Positions 9,119-24,100 of a stretch of DNA of 64,000 bases are shown piece after piece (the first letter of the stretch is position 1; each line of letters opens with the position of its first letter). The notes under the pieces are model-generated. The model saw only the letters and a program-made list of their open reading frames with translations. It had not been told where the DNA came from and ran no database searches. This stretch comes from an uncultured virus (IMG/VR IMGVR_UViG_3300025168_000050) (Duplodnaviria > Heunggongvirae > Uroviricota > Caudoviricetes): IMG/VR virus record IMGVR_UViG_3300025168_000050; one strand, 5' to 3'. A program made the translations under genes and the position numbers.

Positions 9119-12100
9119 ATGGGAGAACCTAAAAAAGGCTCATCTTTGGATATAGCAAAGATGAATACTACATTGAATCCAATTACTGCTTTGCCAGAAG
9201 ATCAAAGCGGTCCACAATTACAAAGCGACGGAGGTCCGGTACAATATCCAGTAGATATTGAAAATTCGTTAGATGTTATTAGATATACACAAGCGAATTC
9301 TAATCAACGTTTTCAAACACCAACCGTGTTTGCAACGGACTATAATCAGATGCCTGATGTTAATTGGGATATAGAAAACGTACATAATATAAATAAAAGA
9401 AGAGCCTCTGAACAAACAGGATTATCACAGCTCGGGGGATTTTTAAATCAAGCTATTATAGGTGAAGTTGTAGGTGGGACATTAGAAGGGGTTGGAGCGC
9501 TAGGAGATGCTGTTGGTGGTCTGTTTATGGGCCAAATGCCTTGGGAGAGTGACTTTCAAAATTGGTTAACTGATTTCGGTGGAGATATAAGAGAAGCTAC
9601 AAAAGAGTATACACCTATATACCAGCAAAATCCAGGTAAAGGTTGGGATCCATCTGATTCAGGGTGGTGGGCATCTAACGGAGTATCCGTAGCGTCTACA
9701 CTTTCCTTACTTCTTCCGGCAATAGGAGTCGCAAGAGGAGCTTCATATGCAGGTAAAGGAATGAGATATTTAGCAGGAGCTGGTAAATCTTCTAGAAGTG
9801 CTATGGTAGCAAATGCTTCTCGTAAATTACAAAATGCTATGACTGCTGGTAGAGCTACTAACTTTGTAAGAAACTCTATGGCAATGGGTATTTCTATGAG
9901 GCATATGGAAAACTTTAGGGAAGCTGGAGAAACCTGGGATCACTCTTTTCAAAAGAACCTAGATTTTTTACAAGACCCTAAAAATTTCGAGAACTTTATA
10001 AACTCTTCGAATGGTGAAGCTATTTTAAAACAGTTAGGTATAACAACTGATGATCCTTATGTAAAAGATAAAGTAGCAAACCATGTTGCAGGACAAGCTG
10101 CAGCTAATTCTTATATAACAAACTGGTCTAATGTAGGATTTGATATACTACAAGCAGGTTTATGGTTTGGCCCTATGAAACTTGGTACCCGCCCTGGAAA
10201 AAACATATTTGGTAGACATTCAACTAAAGTAACAAAAGCGAATAATGCTACATTAAAAGCACCTAAAGTACCTAAGACAAGAGTAGGTAAAGCTTATAAC
10301 TATATTAAACCTATTATACCTCCAGCATTGTGGGCGTATTCAGAAGGTATAGAAGAACAAATTAACTTTATGAGTATGCAAGAAGGTATACGTCATGGGG
10401 ATATAATGATGGGTAATACAGGTTATGAAAACCGAGAATTTATGTCTGGTTCAAGCTGGGTTAATCGTATGAATGACTATGCATCTAGGGGAGATTTTTG
10501 GGCAGCTACTGCAATGGGTACTATAGGAGGGGGTATTTTTAGTGGTATAGCTACATTAAAAAATAGAAAAGCTCAAGCAGCTTTAGACCAAGCTAGATTA
10601 AAAGAAATTGGAGGAAGAGCTGATCTTATACAAAAGTCTTTAGAAAAAAGAAGAAAAGCTATAGAGAATGGAGATGTACAAGGAGCAAGAGAGCAGGATG
10701 AAATTATGGCATTACAGCTATCACTTAATTCAGCGCAAGCAGGAAACATGGACCAGTTAGAAGAGATGATGAATGATCCTGCATTTGTTGAGATGTTACA
10801 AGAAACAGGGCAAAGTGAATCAGAATTAGCTACAAGAAAAGCAGATCTAATAAATATCTTAAGAACTACTGAAAAGAAATTTAACACTTATAGAAATCGA
10901 GCAACAAGTTCTAAGTGGGGAGCCGGGGTTGCGGGAGCTCTTACTGAATTAGATATGAGTGTTACTATGTATGATAAGTTAATTAAAGACATAGATACAC
11001 AAATAGAGCAAAATATAAATGATGATATTTATAATGTTGAGCAGTATAATATAGGGCCTAATACAAAACAAAGGCACCAGTTACAGATGCAAAAAAGAGC
11101 TTTACAAGATCAGCTTAGTAAGTTTCAGCTTGCACAAGAAAGAGCCGAAGATGCATCAGAAGATACAACAGCATCAAAAGAAGAGAAAGAAAAATCTAAA
11201 GCATTAGCAGAGAATTTTAATCAGTATATAAATAACTTACAAGATCAAATTGCTAGAAACGAAACAGAAGAAAATGTTTTAAAAAAATCATCTCAAGAAA
11301 CATATGAGGATACAGCTTTAAGAGAAGAAAATGAATTTTTAGATAAAGTAGACAAAGGAAGTCTTACTACACTAGCAAATAAAAAACAACTATTTACATG
11401 GCATAGAGATGCTGCCTGGAATAGATTACAAGATTTATTAAAAGAAGAGAATCCTTACTACGAAAATGAGTCTGAAGTATCTGCACTGAATGACATAGCA
11501 GTAGTAGGTAAAGAACGTATTAAAGAAGAAGCTGAAAACAATGGTATTATAGATGATTTTAAAGAAGCTGTAAAAAATAATCCTGAGATGACTGAAGAAC
11601 AAGTTGACGAATTCTTTGCTCAGTATCCAGATAATGTAAAAATACAAGAATTCTATAATGAGTTTATACAAAGCTTTAAACAAGCCAAAGAAGAACAGGC
11701 TGTACAGCAGGCATATGAAGAAAATAAATCTAATTTAAATGCTTTAGCTAATCAAACTAGACAAGAAGTTAGAGATGAGATAGATCGTAAAATAGAACAA
11801 CTTAAGCAAGAACTTTTTAATCCTAAACTTAGTAGAAGAGATGTATCTAAACGTATTAAGATGGAGCAGGAGTGGAGAGAAACTCAAGGTAGAGCTACTG
11901 CCTATCTTTATGGTGATGCTCAGAGTATTAACATGCCTATATCTGAATTGTTTGATGAAGTAACACAGACTGTAGGAGTTGTTTGGGGTGATAAAGTTGG
12001 GTCTATTTATAGAGACACTGAAACAAACGAATTGATATTCCGGGATGGTACAACTCTTGAAGAATATATAGTAGATGAAAGTCCTTCAGCGCATAATTCA

Positions 12101-15100
12101 AGATATAGAAATGCTTTAGGACAGTTTACACAAGGTCCTACGTTAGGATCTTTAGATATGTTACTTAGAAGAGATGAATTATTAGGAATAGAAATAAACG
12201 CAGATGGTAGAACTTTTAATATTAATGGTGAATACTTTAATAATTTAACAGATAATCCATCTGACTCTATTGAATATGATAAAGAAGGGAATGTAGTGTC
12301 AGTTACATTAACTAAATGGAATGGTAAAAAAGTTACATTTACTAGTCCTTTAGTTACTTATGAACTGGCTGATGTTATAGAAACTTTAGAAGCAGTCAAA
12401 AGAACTGCTTTTAATAATTTAATTAACGATGATTTTTTAATCATAGAACAAAATGGTAAAGAGTATATAGTATCTTATGAGCAAGATTTATTTGATGGAG
12501 CTCTTGTTGTTAAAGATATTGATGGAGTTACTATTACAAGTGAGGAAGCAATACCAGTAAGAAGACAAGCGAACATACAATTATCAAACGCTATCCAAGA
12601 AACAATTAATAATATTAAAAACAAATACAATGAAGCTAACTCAACTAAACCGGCTGCTGCCCCTAGAATTACAGAAAACGCTTTCAGCGAAGGACAAGTG
12701 GAGCAGGGTGAAAACTCTCAGAAAGCTGAGGAAAGGATTACCGCTGAACTCAATGCAGAAGGTCAAACGAGCTCAGCCGGGCCAAACGCCTCCCAATCAA
12801 AATTAGATATTACTGAACAAGGAGAATTACTAGATGTCTTTGAACAAGATATAGAAACTAATCAAGATCAAATACAAGAGATAACTAATGAGGGAGAAAT
12901 ACCAACAGTCCAAAATCCAGATGCGGTTATTGCTATCGAAGAGCAAAATGCTATTATCGAAGCTACTGAGGATCCGAAATCAGGAAAAACTGTCGCGGAA
13001 GAAGAGACAACGCTAATAACAATCCCTGGAGCTACTACTAAAACTAAAACAGCATTAGAAAAATCTTATCCTGAATTCTTTCAGCCACAGGTAATAAGTG
13101 TAGTAGGACCAAATGGTAAGTTTACCCAGGCTAAAGATAAGAATGGTATGCTTATGCCAATATGGACTGCACCGGGAAAGAAAGGAGGTTTTTATTTTAA
13201 AGATATTTCAGAACTATCTCCTTCTGAGTTGGAGCAATTAGAAGATCAAAATAATGAAAGAGTGCAGCTTGTGTACTATAATCCACCGATGTTAATAAAT
13301 GAGAAACCTATTTATGAAGGCGGTAGAATAGTAGAACAAAATACAATGGCTCCATGGCAAGGATGGGATTATCAAAAGAAAATGGTTAAAGGACAACAAC
13401 AAGTATTAATGGTTGTACCTGATGCAGTAAAAGAAAAAGATTTATTTGATTTTAGATTATTAAATAGCCCAGAACTAGGGGTAGGCACTAAAGTTCTTTT
13501 ACGAATTGAACCAGAATATAAATACTATCCATCAAGTAATACCGGTGATATGATAGTTACAGTAAGACTAGCATCTGATCCATCAAAAGTTTTATCTGTT
13601 TTAAGTAGAAAGACTGCAAAAAGCCGTGCACTTAGAGCTAAGATAAGTGAGATGGGTAATAAAGATATTAAAGCTGTAATAACTGGGAAGACTCCTGGTT
13701 ATATAATTAACATTAAAAAAGATGGTAAGTCTATACAACGACCTATAGATGGAGATATGATTATAGGTATAGGACAAGACCAAACTGTTAGGTACAACAA
13801 TAGTGATGTAAGTGTTTCTCCTACATCTTACATAGAACAGGGTAGAGTTTATATAGCAGTACCTTCTGCTAATGGAGCGATGATACCTGTAAGAGCTGAA
13901 ACAGCATTACTTTCAGAAAAAGCTATAGATAAAGTATTAGATATTATTACAATGCAAGGAGTAGCTCCTAAAGAAAAAAGAGAGTTAGTAAATAAAATTG
14001 TATATACTCCAGTAGGATCTAGACAAGATCAAGCATTTAAACAGGCTAATAGTAAACGTATATTAGCTATGGATAACTTAGTAGTTAAAATACCTATTCC
14101 TGGAACAGAAAGAGTAATTGGTATTCAGTATAATATGGAAGGACTTGGTGATAAGATGAGAAATAATTTTCAGGATGCTATGAATGGTAAACCTTTCTTG
14201 TTTAAAGAGTATGATAGTCAAGGTAATATAATAACACATGAGTTAAGAAGAAGCGAAGATATTTCTCAGTTTGGACAGATCCCAACAATTATTAGAGATT
14301 ACTTAGCAACAAAAACATTTAATGTACAAAAACATTTAATTAATTCTAAACAAGAATTTTTTAGCCCACTACAAGATGGATCTTTTAAAGATTATAATAC
14401 TTATTTATCTGAGATGGATATAGTTACAACTGATATTCCAGGTGGTACAAGTCAAAGATTTCATCATAGTAAAATTTATGTAGAGGTAGCTGATAAAGTT
14501 AGTGATAATAAAATGCCAGCCTTCTTTAGTGAAGGTACCGAAGTTTTAAATACTACAGATATTATAGTAGAAACTGAACAGGATCTGATTGTAGAAACTA
14601 TGGGCGAGAACGTTGATATACTTGTAGACGAACCTGAAGTACAGAAAGTTTCAGATATATTTGGAGATATATCTCTAACACAACAAACTAGTATAGGTGA
14701 AGAGCTTGAGAGACAAGGAAATTCAATATACTATAAGGACACTGAAGAAGGGGAGGGTGGATTATATAACGAATACACTACAGAAGAAGAAGCTATAAAA
14801 GCTTTTGAAGCTTTAACACAACAAACTGGAGGTACAATGACAGTAACTACTCCTACTACAGCAGAAACTTATATAGACGGTACTGCAGGTAACCAGACTA
14901 TCGTAGAGATTGATCCAAATAAACTTGATGAAGATATAGACATAAAATTTAGAAAGTATGAAGAGTTAGACGCATCTACTCAATTAATAAGTGATGTAGA
15001 AAAACAATGGTTTTTATCTAGGTTTGGAGAAGAGGGTCTTACAGTTATGGATAGATTAAAGTATATGACTTTAAAAAATGGTAAACAAGCTTTTGGTTAT

Positions 15101-18100
15101 TACCAAAGAGGTATGGTTACTGTTGCAGAAATGGCACCTACAGGAACTATGTATTGGGAAGCTTTTCGTCGTATATATGATTTACATTTAACACCAGAAG
15201 AAAAAAGTGCTATAGAGATGGAGGTTATAGAAAAGCTGCAATCAGAATTCCAATCTGATACTATAGCTCCAGAAATAGATATTCAAACTCGTTTAGCTGA
15301 AGAGTTTATGAAGTATAGACTTAATGAAGACGAGTCGGGATTAGGCGCTACAATAAAAAAATTCTTTAAAGAATTACTTTACTACATAAAGAATATGTTA
15401 GGGATGAATTCTGAAATAGAAATTTTATTTAGAGATATTAGTAATAGAGATTTTATACTACCGCAAGAAGATGCAGAATTACAGTCTCAAGTACAGACAC
15501 CTGTACTGCGTGAAAAAACTGGGTTTACAGTAGAACAAGTAGATGAGATTGTAGGAGTTATGAATTACAATTTAAAAAATAAATTACAAGAACAGTATGG
15601 AGATAAGTGGTTAGAGGTTATGAAAGACCCTAAGCTTATGAAGTCTGTTTACACTCAGTTAAGGCAGGGCTTTGAAGAAACTGGAACAAGGCTACAAGCA
15701 TCTGAAAATGAGACACTTAAAAAGATAGGTAATAACTTTGCATTAGTAGCTCAAGAAAATAACTGGAAAGATAAAGTAGATGATTTAAACAATTTAGTTA
15801 GTCCCGGTTTTGAAAGCCTAGCAGTTAAAGCTTTAGATAATCAATTTGGAATAAAGTATAAAATAAAGAGAGACGGTAAGGTTGATACAGAAACTGTACC
15901 TTTTGTAGAAGAAGCAACTACTGAAGTTGAATCTAATGATGATGTATCTTTAGATGAACAAGTAGCCTTGAATGAAGAGCAGAGCAAAGAGCGTATACAC
16001 GGAGTCAATTACTATCATAGTTCAACAAAACCTACACTGTCTAAAGATATTAAAATTGAATTAGGATTTATAAAATCTGAAAAAGGAAAGTTCTTAGGCT
16101 CGAATAGATATTTACCATTTGATGAGGTATATGCATATCTATCTGTAGCGCTAGCTAATACACCCGGGGGTAATGTATTAAATAGACTAGAACAATTAGC
16201 AGAAAAGGGCCACCCAATGGCTAGTGAAGTACTTACAGTGTATGGAAGCTCATCTCCACAATGGCAAAATAAATTTGTTGCGCACTTTAATAAACAAAAT
16301 ATACAGTTTAAAACATTATTATTAGATGATAGTGGAGAAACAAGAACAATTCTTACTAATAGAAATGGATTAAAAAATCAAATTATTAATATATGGAATT
16401 CTAATAGACTTGATAGTGCAGTATTCCAAGAAGAGAATGGAGAAAATGATTTAATAGATTTAACTGAAGTAGACAAAATAAGAACAAGTTATGATACATT
16501 ATTACCTCTTCTAAAAAATCAAGGAGAACTCACAGACCAACAACATAAAGGACAGTACTTAAGAATCATGAAAGATACTTTAGATATGATGGGTATTACT
16601 TTTGATAATGTAGTATGGGAAGGAATATTTAATGATGAAACGATAAAAGCAATAGACCTAGAACAATATATGAGAGGTACTAATTCATTTGGAGCCGGAA
16701 TACTAAGAGCTTTGGAAAGAGGAGTTAGCCCGTATATGGCAGGTAACATGGAATCTGCAGCGCTTAAAAATCTTGCAGAACTAGCAGTAGACTATACAAT
16801 AGATAATTACATTGCATCATTTATGAGCGGTAATAAAAAACCTATCTATGCAATTAATTTAAATACTTATGATTCTAAAACAACATTAGAGTTAAGCTCT
16901 GATGAAACTTATGAGGCTGCTATTTTATCTAGATACAATGATGTATTCTACAGTCCTACAGAAAACCATAGACATTTAATATTAGATTTATTATTTAAGA
17001 ACCCTGAAGTAAGAGCTAACTTTGCTTTAAGTACATTCGATGTAGTTAAAGAAAAGAATACAGCTAGTAGATCTAATGCATATGATACTATGAGTCAGAA
17101 ATTATCTGCAATATCTAGATTTGCAATGTTTTATAATAATGGATTTAAGTATGGAGAGTTTAATACTGGTACTAAAGGTGATAAAACTCAGTGGAAATTC
17201 TTAAGCTTACCAAAGATAGGCCCTGAAAATACTGCATTAGGCTTATGGAAATCAGGTAAACCTGGATTAGATGGATGGTATGAAACTGGAGTACAGCTTT
17301 TAATGCCTGCAGCTTTAGGTGAAATGGCTAGAATAGCTAAGACTAATGACCAAATATCAGGAAATAATCCTATTGCATTATCAGAACAAATACAGAGTGT
17401 ACACTATAAGAAAAACCCTGGAGACCAACAAGGTAACGGTACTAGATTTGTACAATTCCCACAACTAAATAATCCTAAATATAAAATATTTGATGAAGGA
17501 GGGCTTATAAGAAAAGGTGTTAATGCTTCTAGTATGGCTCAGATTGAAGAGCTTAGAATTGGATTAAAGGAAGGGTTATTAAAATACTTACAAGATAATG
17601 TTCAACAAACTATAACAGCATTTGCTGAAGCTGGTGCAATTAATGTAAACGGAACTTCTATAACTAATGAATCATTACCTATATCTGCATTACGTGGAGA
17701 CATAATAAATAATGATATAACTACGGCTATGACTAGATTCGCAGTTAATGATTTAGTATATAAAACTTATATGCAAACTACATTTGGACCTGATTTAGCA
17801 TACTACAAAACTGATGACACTGGTAATCCTATTATAGAAGCAGGAAAAAGAGCTTATCAATCAATTACTCCTGGGCTAGAACCGGTATGGAATGAGCAAA
17901 AACAATTTGGACTTAAGCCTAAGTTCTCTCACACTATTTTAAAAGATATATTTAAAGATGGTGATACAGCAAGGTTCCAAAAAATATTAGAAAATGCAGG
18001 TGTAGAAACAAAAGAAGCAAAAAGAATTGCAACAGCTTATACGAAAATTAATAAGACTGATGCACAAGGGTTTACTACATTAGAATTCCATAAACATTTA

Positions 18101-21100
18101 ATGGAATCAGAAGGTACCTGGACACAGGAGCATGAGAATGCTTATGATAAATACTGGACAAAAGGATTGATGGGAGACATTGCCTCTAGAAAGCTATTAT
18201 TAAATCCTAGGAAAACATATTACTTTGGTGAAAGGCTTGTAACAGATTCTCAAGGAAACAATACAGTAACATTTGAGCAAATAAAGCATTCAACTATCCC
18301 ACTAATAAGAGAATTTACTGAAATGTTTAAAGGTACTGAAGATCAAGTATCTCTAAATAATTTAAGACAACGTATGGAGGGTACCGGTAGATACAAAGGT
18401 TTAGAAACTATTGATATGGCTAACTTTGAGTCTGCTATTAAAGTAGGAGCATCTGGTATAGAGAACATAGATAATCTACAAGGATTAAATGTAGAGATAC
18501 TAGAGACTAAGAATCTAAGATCTCCTCAAGTAATAGAAACAAAAACAAAAGCACCATTAGACGGAACACAGATGGCAAAACTAATACTATCAAATATTTT
18601 AGATAGTTATAATTATAATGTATTTGGAGGTAAGTATAATGGTAAGCAAATAAAAGATCTATATAATGAAATATATGCAGAGCGTATAAAAAGATCTCAT
18701 GATTCATTAACTAAAGAATTAGGATGGGATACATATCAAAATACTCTTAATCTTACAGATCTAAAAGCTAGAGATAAAGCTCAATTAGATTTCTTATTAA
18801 AAGTTAAAGATGTAGCTATAAATAGTTTAGAAGAAAGGGACTTACCAGACAACTACTACTTAGCGATGAAAATAGAAAAGCTAGTAGATGATGTAAATGC
18901 TTACGGATTCCAAGCGCCTTTATCATTCCCGCCGTTTGCAAAAAGATTTGAGAGTATCTTATTATCATTGTTTAAAAATAAAGTACTTAAACAAAGATTT
19001 AATGGTATGAGTGTTGTTCAGGTAGCAGAGTTTGGTTTTGAACTAGATACGCAACTTGAAATTAAAGCTCATAAAAATGGTGGAGTATATGCTGAAGTAG
19101 CATTACCTTATGAATTAGCAGCTAAACTTGGATTAAAACCAGGAGATACTGTAGACTCTAATGTAGACCCACAACTATTTGAAATTATGGGATATAGAAT
19201 TCCTACTCAAGGTAAAAACTCTATGTTATCTTTGAAGATTACAAAAATTTTACCAGAAAATATGGGGGGTGTAATTATATTACCAGCTGAGATAACTACA
19301 ATGATGGGTAGTGACTTTGATATTGATAAAATGTATCTTATGTTCCCAGAAATATCTAAAGCTAAAACAAAAATTAATGCATTTAATGCAGAGATATATT
19401 CAGGAAAGAAAGAGTTTGATGGAGTATCTGATAAGGCATTAACAAATGCATTGTTTGATATAAGACAGTCTATTATAACATCTAAGAACCATGTTAAGGA
19501 GTTAATGGATCCGCTAGATAGTAATACATATACATTAAAACTAGCAGAGTATGAGAAATTAGGAATTGTACCTAACTTATCTGATCTTAATATTAACTCT
19601 ACAGCTGCTGACATGTACTTAGAAAAGATTAACAAAGATGCGGCTTTACTGATTGGATTATTTTCATTACATTCTACAGGTCACGCAGTAGCACAAGACA
19701 TGGATGTAAAATTAAAAGATGATTTTGCTGTTAATATTCAGGCTGAGGGGTCGAAGTCACATACAGACTTAAGCAGAATATTAGGATTTAACGGACAGTT
19801 TATATCAAGTTATATTTCTGAAAATCAAAACGAAGCATTAGACAATGCTAAGTATCAAAGAATTGGTAGAGCAGGAGTATCAGTGTATAACAATGGAATT
19901 GTAGCACTATTAAACAGAATTGGATTTAGTAATGAAGGAGTAGCATTAGATTTTATTAATCAACCTATACTAAGAGAGTTTTTTGCAACAAGAAATTTAG
20001 AAGAAGAAAAGACAGACTATGCTATTGCAAAAGACTTAGCTAAAAAGTATGAGATGTTAGATACATTTGAGCTATTAAGAGAACAAACAATACATACTCC
20101 TAGCGCAGCTTCTTTAAAGAAAGATTTAGGAGGAACTCTAGCAGATAAAGAATTAGCTAAAAGACAGACGCAGATTTTATCTGATATGTTAAAATATTTA
20201 CAAGCAGGTAGAGATTTAGCGAAGTTTAATATGATAGTAAGTCCAGAAACACTGAAGAACTTTAGCAGACTTAGTTTTTTAGAGCAATTTAATAATAATG
20301 TAGCGTATTTAAATAGTGAAGTTTCATCTATTAATATTGGAAACACTACAGGTAGAATTCAAGCATATATAAACTATGGAATTAAAGCAGCGGAATCATT
20401 TACAGGACAATTTGTTCCGTTTAATGGCCCGGGCTTTAGCTTATTAAAAACAAATATAGCACAGTTAACTGGACAAAGAGATACTATCTTGAGCGCAGAC
20501 CTATCTGATGTAATAAATAGCTTTGGATTATTTTATTCATTAACTAAACGTACATCACCATTTGGGGATCTATTATATAATAAAAGAGATGCATTAGAAA
20601 AGAAACTATTTAATAAGCCTACATCTCTTCTTAATGATGTAATTAGAATCAAGAAACAATATAATTTACAAAACGACCCTTTCTTAGGTATGCTATATAA
20701 TTCTGCAGAGAATACAGGAAGAACACAATTTTTACAAACTATAGCATTTAACAATACTACTAAACTAAGTCCAGCACAAAAAAATAAAATAACAGACAGA
20801 TGGTCTGAACTTCTTATGGACCCGAGAGCAGAAGTAAGAAACTTAGCTCAAGATTTAGTTAGGTACTCTGTACTTACATCAGGATTTATGTTAGGACCTA
20901 ATTCATTTGTAGACTTAGTTCCAATGTCATACTGGAAGTCTTCAGGATTAACAGATTTCTTTAGAAAAGAAGAGAGAGGTATGGGATATGCTAATTATTT
21001 TGATGAAGGCGCAGCAGAACAGATTATAAGAAATATGTTTACAGATCGTAACCTCTTAAAAACTGTAGATAGTAAGAACTTAGTAACTACTGATCCTATG

Positions 21101-24100
21101 AGAAAGACACTAAGTATGAGTCAGAACGAATACTTTTTACATGAAGATGCAAATAGTAATTTAGTAGTACCGTCAGTAGATCCATTAGTATCTGAGTATG
21201 TAAAATATTTTAAATCTTTTAATGAAGGAAAGTTTAGATTATATAAGCATGTAAGAGATTCTAAAACAGGAGCTATATATGAAGAAATACAACCTTTAGG
21301 GGAAAGATTTAAATATGTAGAAATGGCAGGAGAAACTTTAATGTTAGAAAGTATACACCCATTAAACAAAGTAGTTAACCCAGCTCCTTCAAAACAACTT
21401 AATCCTACAATCACTGAAATTACAGAAGAACAAAACCCTGGAAATACTCAAAGTATCAATGATGTTATGCCACAGTTAACTCCTATAGTTAAAGAGAGTG
21501 TATTAGCAGATTTAGATGCAAGATTAGAGACTTGGTTATTGGAACACTTTAATATACCAGTTGAAAAGTATGATAACCTTAAACAAAAATTAGGTATTGA
21601 TGCTATTGGAGCAGCAGACATGGCAATGAAGACTGTTCAGATACAAAATGATCGAGACAGATATACATTACCTGAAGAAGCAGGACACTTCTATATAGAA
21701 ATGATGGACCAGTCTCCTCTTAAAACAAGATTATTTGAGCTAGTAGGCCAAACAAAACTTTATCAAGATGTATTAAAAGAATATAAAGATATATATACTA
21801 CAAACGAGCAGTTCATTAACGAAGCTGCCGGGAAAGTTCTTAGTAGATATATTGTAGGACAGGAATTAGGAATAGAACCTGAGTTTGTTCGTGGATCTGG
21901 TCTAATGAATACACTTAGAAACTTATGGGAATCTATTAAACGTTTCTTTAGAGGAGGTAACACAGCTGCAAATGATTTATCTGCACAATTATCTGAAGTA
22001 CTAGGACCTGCTGCAGTAGCAATTACATCTGGAGTTAATCCGGGGGGACTTAGTATAGAGAATATTGGTGTAAATAAATATTATGCATTGCAACCTCAGA
22101 ACATTACAGGATTAGCAGCGCAGTTACTTAAAAGAGGATCCGCACTAGCAGCTTCTAAAATTCCATACTTAAAAAACTTTACGCAGAGAGATGCTATGAA
22201 TCAGCTGATTGGGGAAAGTAATATGATTAGTGCACCAACTGAGCAAGACAACTACTATGTACAAGATGGGGTAAAAATGAATAGAGTAAGTAGGTTACTT
22301 GAGATATTCCAGGATCCATTTAATCAACAGGATATGGCAGAAAAAGTAGCTGCAACTAATAGAGGAGAAGGCAATGTGTTTAACACGGCAGATAAAGTAC
22401 AGAAGTTGTGGGATTTCTTACGAGATGATTTAGGAACAGGTTTACATAATATGATGGAGCAGATTGTACAACAACAAACAGACGATGTTATCTTATCTTC
22501 CGTTCCACAAGAGCAAAGAAAATCTTTTGAAAAAGCATTACCTTCATTAAAAGCCTGGGTAGCTGGTAAGATAGACAGTGGAAGTACATTATACTCTGAA
22601 GTTAAAATAGCAGATAAATCTGATTTATTAGCAGGGTCTGTAGATATTATAGAAATAACACCGACAGGTAGAAAAATTATACATGACTTTAAAACTAAAA
22701 TGCGCGGTAAGTTTGGAAATATAGAACAATCTTTACCTTCATTTAAAGGCGCACTTGCGTCTGTACCTAACACTTTACTTAATAAGTATAGATTACAGCT
22801 ATCTCTTTATAAACATATTATAGAAGAAAAAGGAATAACAATAGATGAATTAAATATAGTACCACTAGAAGCGGATGTAACTATGAACTCAGAAGGGACT
22901 ATATCATTCTCTAATGTAGGTCTTGCTACATCTAATACTCCGGTAATAAATAAACTAAATAATTTAAAGCCTATATCAAAGAAAGTAATTAAAGGCGCTA
23001 TTAGTTATATATCTCCTGAATTTGATGCATCTAATAAAAAGATCGAAAAAGAACAAGATACTGTGTTACGTGTATTTGAAAATGCTAAAAATCAAATACA
23101 AAGAAAGATTGATTTCTATAAAAAATCTAATAACAAAGAATACTCAGATCAATTACAAGAGTTGTATAATGAATTAGATGAGATAGGAGAAAAAGAAGGA
23201 CTAATTGTATTTACTAAACGTGCAGTGAGAGATATTAACTCTGCGCATGCAAGATTAAAAGAATTAGTAAGAAATAATGCAGTTACTCCAAAGAATTTAA
23301 ATCAAATATATCAGTTTGTAAAATCTTATGATAGTTTAGAAGAGATCACATTAATGGCTCCTATGTTAGTAGAGTCTGGTTTTGAAAATATGATTGAAAA
23401 ATATGTAATGCCTGCTATAGCAAAGAAAAATCTAGTTTATGAAGAGTATAAAGCTCTTGGAAGACCTTTGATAGCAGAAGCTTTAGCTAAATTGAGTACA
23501 AATCCTAATGTAACTGTTGATAAACTAGAAGCAGAACTTTTAACTTCAGGTAGAGATATATCTTTTATGGCTAGATGGTTAGATTCTTTAGGAGACTCTA
23601 CTCAAACTGAATTAGCTACAATGGATAAACTTATTGTATTACAAAGAGGGAAAGTAAACGAGGCTACATATAATCTAATGTACGGAACTAAAACTACAAA
23701 AAGTCTTATGAAACTTATGAAAGATCTTGAAAAGTTTCAATTTGATAATGGTGTAAATCTCTACAATAACAGAGCAGTTTATGACTTTATGTTAGAAGTA
23801 GGTACTGACGGAAACATGACTGGAAAAGTTGTTACAACACAAGACTCTAGATGGCTTGAATTAAAACAAGAATTTATGGAGACGGAAAACTTTACTAATA
23901 GTAAAGAAGATTGGGCATCATTCTATAAAGAGAATAAAGCAGAAGATTATAGAAGTCAGAAGTTTAAAGATATAGCAAACATGGCTAAAGAAGATCCTAG
24001 AAGAATGTTTTATGAATTCTATGCGGAGAATTACATGTATGCACAAAAACTTTTACCAACTAAATATAGAAAAGGAGCGCAATTACCGTCATTAAGAGCA

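Noticed and set aside
10573..22773. Antisense ORFs inside the RNAP gene, and similar shadow ORFs elsewhere
   Set aside because: They are mirror frames of a strongly biased coding strand, with no motifs or start context.
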